Shown: piece by piece, positions 25,125 to 36,859 of the stretch | Layout: the number at the start of each line of letters is the position of its first letter | Position numbering within the stretch: position 1 is the stretch's first letter | Assembly (NCBI RefSeq): GCF_964355755.1 | Contig: NC_092672.1 | Location: 3,286,001 to 3,350,000, forward strand | Direction: 5' to 3' | DNA: 64,000 bases | Origin: Antedon mediterranea | Lineage: Eukaryota > Animalia > Echinodermata | Notes under the pieces: model-generated | What the model was told of the DNA's origin: nothing | The model's database searches: none | Seen by the model: the letters and a program-made list of their open reading frames with translations, nothing else | Made by a program: the position numbers and the translations under genes

Positions 25125-28100
25125 TAGACTAGTCCAGATTTGAGAAAAATGAAATGCTGTAGGCATTTCGTGTTAAAAGCGAATAAACATGTGTTTTAGG
25201 GTAATTTTGGGGTGCTGAATTCAAATTTGCTGTTTACCCGGCTCAATTTTTAGATCTTCACCCTTAAAATGTGAAAAACAAAATGGCCACCATTTCAGAC
25301 AGTTTATTTTGGCTTATAACTTGACTTTTATGTGACGTAGCAAATTAAAAATGGTGTCTATACCTATGTTTGTGATAGTGAAGATTCCAACTATATTGTT
25401 ATTCAAGTTGAAAATATTCTATTTCAGCCGCCATGTTGAAATCCAAGATGGCCGCCATTTTAAACGTATTTTGGCTTATAACTTGACTTTTAATTAACAT
25501 AGCAAGTTAAAAATAGTTTCTATACCTACTGTATGTTTGTGATGCTGAGGATTCCAAATATATTGTTATTAAAGTTGTAAATATTCTATTTCAGCCTTAA
25601 TGTTGGAATTCAAGATGGTCGCCATTTAAAACGTATTTTGGCTTATAACTTGACATATAAGTAACATAGTAGGTTAGAAATGATGTCTATACAGTACCTA
25701 TGTTTGTGATACTGAGGATTCCAAATATATTGTTATTAAAGTTGTAAATATTTTATTTCAGCCGCCATGTTGAAATCCAAGATGGCCGCCATCATTTTAA
25801 ACATATTTTGACTTGACTTTTAATTAACATAGCAAGTTAAAAATGGTTTCTACCTATAGTCCAGTAAAAGTATGGTTGAACCTAGAACAAATTGCAACAT
25901 AATTTGTTTTTGTTTTGTCTGGTTGATATTGTCCAAATTAACATCATATCCAAAGTTTACCAAAATCGGACATCGTGAAGTGGGTTCATTAGCATAAATT
26001 AAAAATGACCGCCATTTACCATTTTGAAGCCCTGTATATTATCTCCTTAACGGTTGGTTTTACTCATAGACCACCTACTGTAAGTGAATTACTATTAATT
26101 ATTATTAATCAGATGTCTTGTTAATTTTGGACTGAACAAAAGATGCATGTTTCGAATTCATTCATAATTCATATCTTTGTTTCTTTGCAAGTACAGATCG
26201 TTTCTCATTCGAAATGCCATTGAAGATGTTGCAATTTGCTCCCCAGTGTTCTCTTTAACTACAGATTTTTTCCACTATATTGCTTCTTCTGTCTTAAAAA
26301 TATTTTTTTAATGATGGCAAAGTAATAGTAGGCCCCTAATAGATTTAATGCTCCATCTGCATTCAAAGTTTCGATTCCATTTTCTGAAATTTGTTGCCAA
26401 GGAAGTTAAATACTGCTTGTTGTAGAAATTTAAATACTGTAATAATTAAGTACCAATTATCAATTTATTCACCATTTCAAATTATTATTATTATAACAAA
26501 TGCTGGTGTAAGAAGAGAACTTTAAAGGAATAGAAATAGTGGAATGAAACAAATGTTATACAAGGCCAAAACATAAAAAGTAGCATATAATGTGTTTATA
26601 ATAACTATATTAAACTGATTCATAAATGTAAATAGGTATATTAATGTGTGTATGTGTGTATATATTTGTAACGGATGTAATATAAGGTCAAAAGAAATAA
26701 AGAAACAAATTGTGAGTACTGATTTAAGATATAATAAAAGAAACAGCTACTTTTTAATACATTTCTTAATATAAAGTAAATTTAAATGATAAATAGTTGT
26801 ACTTTTACTATAACTTGCAATAAACATAAAATGTACGTTTTTAAAGCATACTTTTACTCCATCGATTTTATGTACATGTATAGATATAGTGCCTTTTTAG
26901 CTGTTATATTGCATTTTATTGTTCTTTATTTTTATAAAAATGTATCTCATGAGGTAATTTCCCGATTGATCGTAATCAAAACGGTACTGGGTTTGGTCTA
27001 CTAGCGTTCCTGCTCCCAACCAGTACATCCATTCATAGAAGCCTTAATGAAGTAAGCCTACCTGGTGGTGGCCATAGAACGGTCCCGAGATAACGACTAT
27101 ACTTCGGCTTTAGTCGATAGAAGATTGAATAAATTGTTAGAGATAGAGTATACGATGTTATGATTATGTGTAGATATGTGATTTGTTCTTTTTATTCCAA
27201 TGATGTTATGTATTTAATAAATTTGTTATATCAATTAATTAAATTATCGTAGATTGCATATTATGCGATGAATATTATTTAATACATTTTTGATATATTA
27301 TTATTATTATATTAATAAAAAAGATCTTTGTTAGTATAAATTTAAAAATATAGATATAAGGAAGAAAAGCAAAGAGATTATGGAGCGGCTGTACCAGAAT
27401 ATACAACACTAAGTATTGTAAAGTTAATATATTAAAAATTTAGGCGATCTTGTCAAAGGTCAAGCGCCTTCAGCCTGCCACGTTTCGATATTCAATATTG
27501 AACTTGACCTGATCTGATCATGTATGTTATGTAATATATATTTGTAAAAAGAATGAATAAATGTGGGTGACCCCCACGAAAGAGAAAAAAAACAAATGCT
27601 GGTGTGGATGACATAAGAACAAAGCTTGTTTACCGGTTACCGGTAGTGATGGCAAGTTAGAAAATTACCCAAACCCTTTGAATACTGTTGATATGCAGTA
27701 TCTTTAACTGATGGTTCTTCATCCTTGTTGGCACAATATAATGTCCTTTATGCTCGATGAATCTTGGAAACAGCATTATAATATAAGCCAAAAAAGTTGT
27801 TGACTTGGTCACCAAACAGGTAAAATTCTGGCAGTGAAATACAGTAGCAACTTTGATTGCAGATGAAGATGATCACTTGTTTATACCAAAAACTGCAATA
27901 TGACATTATTTATTTCATGTGTCATTTCAATTTTGGATGTTTCCATACACGTTTGATCCAATAGACTGGGGTAATAATGTTTCACAACATTAGGCGCTAT
28001 ATACAGTAAATCCACGATATTATTGTATGAAAACTATTAATTTGATATCTAATTATTATACTATAAATTAAACTTATATTTATGTGTGTAGGCCTACATA

Positions 28101-30388
28101 TTACCACTAATTGCAAAGCATATATAGCTTAATGCTTATTGCGTAATAATTGTTTAATGGGCTAGGCCGGCTATGTGCAGGTGTTCACAGGTCCCCAGGG
28201 CACAGAGAACTACATGCACAACAGGCCTAGGATATGCGCAAAAGCAAGGCAAGTCAGAAATTTATGCGAGGCATCGTTTTACCATCATCAAAAAATGTGA
28301 GGCATCATTTTATCATTTCCCAAAATTTAGGATCGATTATTATTCTTTGAAAACAGAACAGTATCAGCAGTAACATATTACAGCATTTTTATTGACAAAT
28401 TAACAAATATATTGAGATTAAACGTGTTTTTCACCAATAAATGCATGAGAAATTGACGCATTCCACTTTGTTTTACATTTTGGCTGTGCCCTAGTTAATT
28501 CTATTTCCTTATTCTGAATTGAAGGCATTATATATAATACTGTAGATGAAAAAACCTCAAAACGAAACCTCTACTTCCTCTGGTATCCATTATCATTTAC
28601 TACTATGGCTAATGCTATCATCTTTCACTATTGATAATTTTATAAATTACAGTACCTTTTTTTTGTAAACATTTTGTACTGTACTTTTATAAGTGTTACC
28701 CCAAATTTCACAACAATCATTAATATATGGTAAGATAAGATAAGATAAGATAACTTTTATTGATCCTCAACAAGGAAATTCATTGCTCATCATAATAACA
28801 AAGAAAACACAATAAAAACAAATAATATCAATACATAAATAAAATAAATTATACACTACTTTTTAGCAGTTTTCTCAATTTATATATTATTATTATACTG
28901 ATGTCTTTATCAATTGTTGTTTGTATACATTTAGCATGTTTGTTTTTTTACCAATTTTACAATCTATTTCTATTCCGAGAAATGTTTTGATATAAATACG
29001 TTGTTGTTGTATTGAATTGATTCTGTGAAGTCTTTTTGACCAACTCTTTCATTATCATTATGAACAAACAATTTGAGCATTGTAGTCAACTTATACCAGC
29101 CACGATATGACTTGAATGAAAAAAAAACAATCGTTACATAAAAATAAACAACATAGCATGATGAGTGTATACACGAATCTATTTCGATACGCTAGGCCTA
29201 TTTTTAAAATATAAATAATTGATTGTTAGGCCTATAATATAGCATAATAGCACGTTAAGAAATGCCTCGCACCTTTTTGAAATTGTAAACTATATGCCTC
29301 GCACCTTTTTGAAATTGTAAACTATATGCCTCGCATGCCTCACACTTATATTTGGTGTGCCTCGCTGCCTCGCACAATCGAATTGGAACAATACAATGAA
29401 AACCCCAGTGGTCTAATGGTTAGGAGATCTGCATATCAAGCAGAAGGTTCGGGGTTTGAATCTTGGAGAGGGCTTTTTCTCATTCTCACAGGTTTCGTCA
29501 TTTTTATTTTTTCTAATTAATTAAATTTCATTATATCGGGCGGATTAGAATTTATTCTGTGATGTTTATATACTGTATATATATATTTTTTTCTCTTTTG
29601 TGGCGCAAACACTACTTTTATCTCATGTCATTAAATCATATTATTTAACACATTTTTGTTAATTCCAAATGTCATCAGTAACATTTTTACATTTATGAAT
29701 TCCGTATTACCTCCTTTTTTCATTAATTTTCTTATATTTTTCTAAACACTTGACAATGATCATCATTATCATCTATCTCGTTTTAAAATATTTTACACAT
29801 AAAGCACAATCCCTTTGTGAGTTTTTCATTTGTTTGTTTGCCTCGCACTTTGTTACTACCCTGTGTGTGTGTGTGTGTTTAAAATAGGCGCCATCCTTGA
29901 TTTCAACATTGCGGCTGTTTACAGCTTTAATAACAATATATTTGGAATCCTCAGTATCACAAACATACGTATAGAAACTATTTTTAACTTGCTATGTTAA
30001 TTAAAAGTCAAGTTATAAGCCAAAATACGTTTAAAATGGCGACCATCTTGGATTTCAACATGGCGGCTGAAATAGAATATTTGCAACTTTAATAACAATA
30101 TAGTTGGAATCTTCAACTAACCCTAACCCTATCACAAACATAGGTATAGACACCATTTTTAACTTGCTACGTCACTTAAAAGTCAAGTTAAAAGCCAAAA
30201 TAAGTCTGAAATGGCGGCCATTTTGTTTTTCACATTTTAAGGGTGAAGATCTAAAAATTGAGCCGGGTAAAACAGCAAATTTGAATTCAGCACCCCAAAA
30301 TTACCCTAAAACACATGTTTATTCACTTTTAACACGAAATGCCTACAGCATCTTTTAGAGTGGAAATATGACTATCTGGACTAGTCTA
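25125..30388. mobile_element. Long-TIR DNA transposon derivative (Academ-like), 3-bp TSD CTA
   Basis: CTA|TAGACTAGTCCAGAT...ATCTGGACTAGTCTA|CTA; inverted arms about 25125-25860 and 29880-30388 with internal tandem subrepeats; no intact ORF. Confidence 0.7.
26510..27590 (+). mobile_element. 5'-truncated non-LTR retroelement insertion (L1/Tx1-like) with 15-bp TSD
   Basis: AACAAATGCTGGTGT at 26495-26509 and 27591-27605; AATAAA, hairpin GTGGG..CCCAC and A-rich tail at the 3' end. Confidence 0.72.
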
Positions 30389-32454
30389 CTATAGAAATGA
30401 TTAACTTTATTCAAACTAAAAATTACATATTTAAAGTCTGATTTAATTTATCTTCATTTTTCATGTTTTTGGGGGACAATACATCTTTAAGTAAAATGTT
30501 AAGTTAGCCAGTGGCGTAAAGGCTTTGAGCACTCACTTGCTAAACCCAGGAGCCCTGGAGCTTAAAAGACGTATTAGAGTATGAACAGCCCCAATGCAAC
30601 TACCCAGTATTTGAGGACCATTGGTAGTGCCAAACTAGGGACCTGCCCCATGTGTTACCCCATTAAAGTTACTCCCCCATTCATGTACACTGAGTACATA
30701 GCTGTTTCGACTCGTAAATATATTCTCCCGATTTGACAAATACAAATGATTTTTTGTATACTCGTAACTGTAGACTGTAATACATGTGAATGTTAAGACT
30801 TCTTCAGCTCAATTTAAAGTCTAGCTAAGTTGAAAATATCTACAATTGTACATTTAGATAATCTTGTTTACAAGACGGCTATTATTAATATTTCCAAAAC
30901 TCATTTACCTTTTACAAGATTCACAGTTTTGCTGTAGATAACAATTTAAAAGATTGTCCATAATCCGCTATAGCAGAGTGGTATTTTCAAATTGGCATTA
31001 TGATTACATTACTGTTCACTTAGAATAAAAAAAAAGCAAGAGTTATTCTACGTCTGTATAATGATATCGATGCAGTCTGTAGAAAAAAAAAACCGGAATG
31101 ATTAATAAAGAACTGAAAATAAAAATCTGCATAAATGTTTAGCCATAAAGGAATTATTCAGAGTACTAACAATGTATGTATATTAATGATATTAAAAATA
31201 AATGTGTTGATTGGTTTTTCGTCACTTCAGAAATTGCAGTTACGTTTAATAAAAATGTAAATTTTATTTGGCACATAGCCAAGGACTGGCCAAGCAAATT
31301 TGTCATAAAATACAGGTAAGAATCCATTCATAAGACATGCACATTTGTCAAACAAGATACTATATAACTAAAGTTTTTTTTGTCATGAGAACAAATTCTG
31401 GACATCTGACAGGATTTGAACCATTGAATCTGGGATTGGTAGCCAAATATCTTAACCACCAAGCCATAACGCCACTCTATAAAGTGTCTCCGTTTTTAAG
31501 TAATGAAATATATTTGATTGCTTCGAATGCAGATACAATATTGAACTTAAAGGAATCTTGACATGAGATAGTGTAACGTTGAGATGCAGCGTCTATACTG
31601 TGTCCTTAGGCAAGATGCCTTTCTAATTCTCATTGTCGCGTCCTTCGGATGGGACATTCACTTGGAACGCATTATGAATATGGTTTCTAGCCAAGATTAC
31701 AAGTGAAAGGATATCAACTGCTATAAAAATCTTGCATAAATGGATGGATATCAGGCCAATTTACACAGACGAGTGATAAAACAGTAATAAAAATATAGAA
31801 TCTATGTTATTTCTTATGACTTTTTACACATAACGCGGAGTGGACGGGCGGTTTCTGCACAGAATAGATTAAGATTCTACATAGGACAAGTTTTACGAAT
31901 TTAGTTTCCACTAGCTATAGTGTCAAACAACCAAAATAAAAAATCTGAAGTTGAATAAAAACACAAAAAATTCATTTATTCATCTGATAAAATGTTTATT
32001 TATCGTTTTTTTTTTTTTATTGTCCACCTAATTAAAACATCTGTACAAAAAATCAGGGTGCGCTTAAACTCCTTTCTTTTTTCCATTTCAATTTTGTGTA
32101 GTTTTCTGTTTTCTGTGCCAACATATAAATCTAAGACCAGAATCAATGTAATTTAGTGGGTCTTTCGTATAATACAATTTGTTTATTTTTATACACTATT
32201 TTAAAATAGTTTCTGCCAAAAAAATGAAATATTTTTTCAACTTTCTACATTTGCTTCAATGGCAACCATAACTCAGAATGTTAACACTGGATTGCGCCCT
32301 CTCTAAACTTAAAACTTTAATAATTACATTGAGGGCAGTAAAACACTTTATATGTATATCATAATGTGCTATATTAATAATAAAGGGACAGATATTACAC
32401 ACCAAATTTTGATTAATATTATCATGAAAAATTGAAATATTTAGTAGCTTGTTA

Positions 32455-32622
32455 AGCCCTGTCTACACTATCAAACTTTATGTGATGTGCCTATGGACAT
32501 GATGATGTCATATCACTACTATATTTTAATATCACTACTATATTTAAGCCTACAGTATCACTACCATATTTGGGCACATCACATTTTTTTTGTCAAACTA
32601 GTTTGATAGTGTAAACAGTGCT
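32455..32622 (+). mobile_element. PIF/Harbinger-like MITE (AGCTCTGTCTACACTATCAAACT family)
   Basis: TIRs in TAA/TTA context; internal ATCACTACCATATTTGGGCA subrepeats; recurs at 35195, 50695, 59395 and 60184, with partials near 12680 and 57780. Confidence 0.72.
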
Positions 32623-33551
32623 TTAAAAATAGTAATTTTCTAGGTTTTAAAACATTCTGTCTGTATCAATCAAACATGTTTACTACCAAACATAATTTTC
32701 TTTTAAATACTGATTTATAAATAGCGCCCTCTGTCATGAATGGTTTGGTTTTTTTCAATTTAAGATCCCCCTTCTCCGTAATTCTCATTCTCAAAATGAT
32801 CCATGTACTCCACTGCATGTCTGATCCCTAAATAATAACCAACCCTAATTTTATTGCATTTTTTAACGTACTGTATGTATGACAGCTTCTAAACATTAGG
32901 AACAGTAGGCCTATGTAATAAAAAGGGTTACAATACCTCTCTTTTTATACTTTAAATGGAAACAGGATGAAATCCCCCTTTCTTTCCAATCCAGGTTAAT
33001 TTAGGGCATCTACTGGTGCATATGTATAGTTTATTATAAATTTGAAATGAAGAGAAATTAATGAAAGCCTTATAATTGACAGAAAAATGGCCTTTATGGC
33101 GTGTAGATCTTCCAACCCAAATGTTTTGTATACAAACAATATCTGCCTGAATGGTGTACTCGGCCAAATGTAGCAGAAATAATTTTATATTTCCAGTCTT
33201 TTTCACTTATTATTATTATTCTCATGACCTTGGGTAAAAAGCATATGGTATTAGAAATTGTATAAAGTTTATTGCTAATTTGAATTTGTGATGAATGAAC
33301 AAAGAAAAACAATGCTGGTATAACCGACAATAAACTGCAAAAATCACGGCTGGAATTTTGCTTCATAAATTTATACTAATAGTGTAAATATGTAGATAAT
33401 GTATAAATTTAAACTTATTAATATATTTTCTGGATTCATGCTAAATATGATGGCATATAAATGAGATGTTTGTGTATGCAAGTGCTGTACCACAATAAGT
33501 TGCTATCCATATTGGGACTATCTATTATGCAATAGATCCCTCCCCTGTTAA

Positions 33552-33894
33552 AGATGTATGTCCTCCAAAAACATGAAAAATGAAGATTAATAAAATCAGG
33601 CTTTAAATAGGTCATTTTGTAGTTTTAACAAAGTTGATCACTTCCATATAAAAAAAAACAAAAAAAAAAAACGTTTTCAGTTATAAAATGACAAATAACA
33701 TTTTAAATTCAACCAGAAACCCATTGGTCTGGCAGCCAATTTGACTATTTTTTTCTTTAATTACAGTTTTTTCAGGTAAATAATTTTTTTCCCCAGTCAA
33801 ATTGTTTGCCAAAGTGAATAAATATTATGTGACATTAAAATGGCATATTCAACAACAAAAATAAAAAAAAAATTTTCATGTGGACAATAAATCT
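33552..33894 (-). mobile_element. Kolobok-like MITE, reverse orientation
   Basis: TTAA|AGATGTATGTCC...GGACAATAAATCT|TTAA; body is the reverse complement of 15114-15444. Confidence 0.78.
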
Positions 33895-35194
33895 TTAAGG
33901 GGACACTCCTATTAAGGGGCGATTTATTGTGAAATTAACAGGGAAAATATATTTTTAACACTAAAGCCAACCCCAATTCAGGGGACACTCCTATTAAGAG
34001 GACACTTTTTTTGTTATAAAAGTGTCTCCTTATTATTAAGGGGACACTTTTTTTTTGTGAAAATGTTCCCTAATAAAGGTTCCAATGCACTTTTCTTCTT
34101 TAAATACTTTTATTCTTTTATTTAGTGTCAACTGAAAATGTCCACATCCATATCAAATAACGTTTTTTCTTTTAAATTTATTATAGTTTTTGTATCAACC
34201 TTTGGTATACAGTATATGGTTGAATATATTTTCTATATCAATTTATATACCCAACAGAACATAGAATAATTCATTAGCTTTATTCACCAATATCAATCTT
34301 GATATAAATGTTTGCAAGTGACTAATACTCGTTTTTATCACTAGAGTTTTTGTGTGGAAAAAATAATAATTTTTCTATTATTGGTTGCTTTTAAAGATTT
34401 AAATCAAAATATTTATTGATTACCGTTTCATTTTTACAATCTCCCTCCGATAAGTGAAGGATTTCTCACCGTTTAGTAAGATTTTTTAAAATTTAAATAG
34501 TTTTAACAGTTTGGTTTAAATGATAATGTTTAAAACACTCTTGTTGTATTAATGCTAGTTTATAGAATTGCAATGTCGGCTGTTTTTTTTTATTACCGTT
34601 TCCACTATTAAAATGGAAACACATTTCATCGTAAATCAGTAGCCTAACACATACATAGATTAACTGAGATTTTCAGTAGGCATAGAATGTGGACATGTGG
34701 GAAATCGTAGAATCCTAGTATCGGTGATTAATTCATGCATTTTTAGATCATTCACCGTGTCATTTACTCGGAGATTAATTGCCGCTGCGGAAGTTTGGTC
34801 ACACTAATACTGCATTGCTAAGTGCATCTTTACTTCTCATAGAGCACGAATGTGAATTAAAGTGTATGGCTGAATGCGTGTCTGGAATATTTATATCTCA
34901 ATTTTACCTCAAAAAGTAGTACTCGTAATGCCTATACTACTTTAATATTACCTTCGTTTCATATTGAAGTTCATTCAAGTTTTTACATCTTTATATATTT
35001 TTTATTAAAAATCAAAATGCTAGAGAAGATGCACCTATTATGTTTAAATAATTAACATACATACAGGGTTTTGTTAAGGTCGCAGATGCAGAGACCTTTT
35101 CATCTGTAACGTCATGTCTTGGCCATCGTCTGAAACTAAATTCCGCAAAGTAAATACTCCACTCATAATTGTAATGAACTTTTCCATTAAATAA

Positions 35195-35512
35195 ACTCTG
35201 TCTACACTATCACACTTTATGTTACAAAAAAATTGATGTGCCCATATATAGACATGATGATGTCATATCACTACCATATTTGGGCATATCACTTCCATAT
35301 TTAGGCACTATCACTCTTTTTTTTGTCAAACTAGTTTGATATGTAACCAGAGCATTATAAGCCTTGCCTACACTATCAAACTTTATGTTACAAAAAAATT
35401 GTGTGCCCATATATAGACATGATTATGTCATCACTACCATATTTGAGCATATTACTACCATATTTAGGGACATCACTTTTTGTCAAACTAGTTTGATAGT
35501 GTAGACAGAACT
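35195..35512 (+). mobile_element. Two adjacent copies of the Harbinger-like MITE
   Basis: Two successive CTACACTATCA...GTTTGATA units. Confidence 0.72.
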
Positions 35513-36372
35513 TTAGTATATATATAAATTAACATTAATAAATAAAACAAAAAGCTTATTCAAGGTTTTTAATCATTTTATTTTTCTTTTGCAATTTATA
35601 GTATTGGATAGACATTTTTAAAAGATATATAACAAATTTACAATAAATAATAGGTGATTTATGCTAAATAGATATAATAAACGTATATACATTTGTCTCG
35701 TTTTACTTCTAAATTAAACATGTGAGTGGGTGCAGATAGGAAATGTCTATGTAGTACGGTACATAACTAATTCATACTGTATGAATTTGTATGTAATGTA
35801 CTTTACAGGCAGATTGGTTAAATTTTGAATGGGTAAATAATAATGAATTAAACATACAGGGTGCATACTACCTTATTTGGACATAAGTTGAAAATGAAGA
35901 GAGGGTTGATGTTGTTTATATTCATATTTGGGTAAATGTTGGTGTACAATACAAATCACTACATTAACAGGTTGTTGCATCGGTGGGTTTGTTAAAGAAA
36001 TTGTTCAAAATTACACATTCATTGTTTACATACAATGTTTAATAGGAATTGGAATTGTTGATATACAGAGGTTTATGTCTGTGAATTATTTTAGATGCTC
36101 AGTTTACTCCTACCCTAAACGGATTTTTTCCGTTGTTTTTTCCCATTTTTTTGTTTCCACATTTCTGCAATTTCAATTACTAATTTCAAATAAACAATAA
36201 CAAACATTTCATATTTTATAATAAATAGACTAGGTATCCATAATAAGTGCCAGATGTTACTTTTGATCATCTCTATTGTAATTAGCCAACATACCTACAG
36301 TAGTTAAAAACTGCCTTATGCCAGTCTGTATTTGATAATAATAGTTAAGGATCTACTCTATATAAATGGAGT

Positions 36373-36607
36373 GGAGCTGTAGCTTGGTGGTTAAACGTGC
36401 TTGCCTTCCAATCCCAAGGTCCCGGGTTCAATCCTGACCTAGTGCAGGGTTGTAACTCATGACTCTTTCAACTCCACTCCCTAAGCCTCAAATGAGACTT
36501 AGTTTATAAGCATGATAAATTATTAAATACTTTATCCATCCTGTAATTGGCGAGTTACTCGCTGTTGGATGAGTATGAAGAAAAAAAAAAATAAATAAAT
36601 AAATAAA
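36373..36607 (+). mobile_element. tRNA-derived SINE (second family), probably antisense within the IgSF-B 3' UTR
   Basis: A box TAGCTTGGTGG, B box GGTTCAATCC, body and A/(TAAA)n tail; related heads near 31400-31475 and 58055-58125. Confidence 0.7.
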
Positions 36608-36859
36608 ACTATAATATTCAGATCTCAAACAAACACAGAAAATAATATTTTAATGAATGCGTCACAGAATTGATAAAAACCACACACGTACAACTTCAGA
36701 TAAATAGATTTGTCCAGAAAACTAGTATGAATCTTAACGTATTCCAAATTCTTATTATTTTAAATCCTATCTTGGATTAAAACATTGGTGTCCTAAGTTT
36801 ATAATTTGAAGAGACGATAATTAAATAAAAATAAATTACGAAAACAGCATTTCAACATT

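Larger units (their letters stand above)
24881..30486 (+). mobile_element. Kolobok-like MITE split by a 5.26-kb nested insertion
   Basis: Left half 24881-25124 and right half 30389-30486 join to match the copy at 15114-15444; TTAA on both outer sides. Confidence 0.85.

Noticed and set aside
27760-27900. Possible transposase remnant (GHQTGKILAV-like peptide) inside the long-TIR element
   Set aside because: Too short and interrupted by stops to assign without a homology search
29403-29472. tRNA gene (also 6320-6400, 31400-31475, 36373-36445, 58055-58125)
   Set aside because: A/B boxes are present but the cloverleaf stems are broken; these are repeat-associated tRNA-like heads
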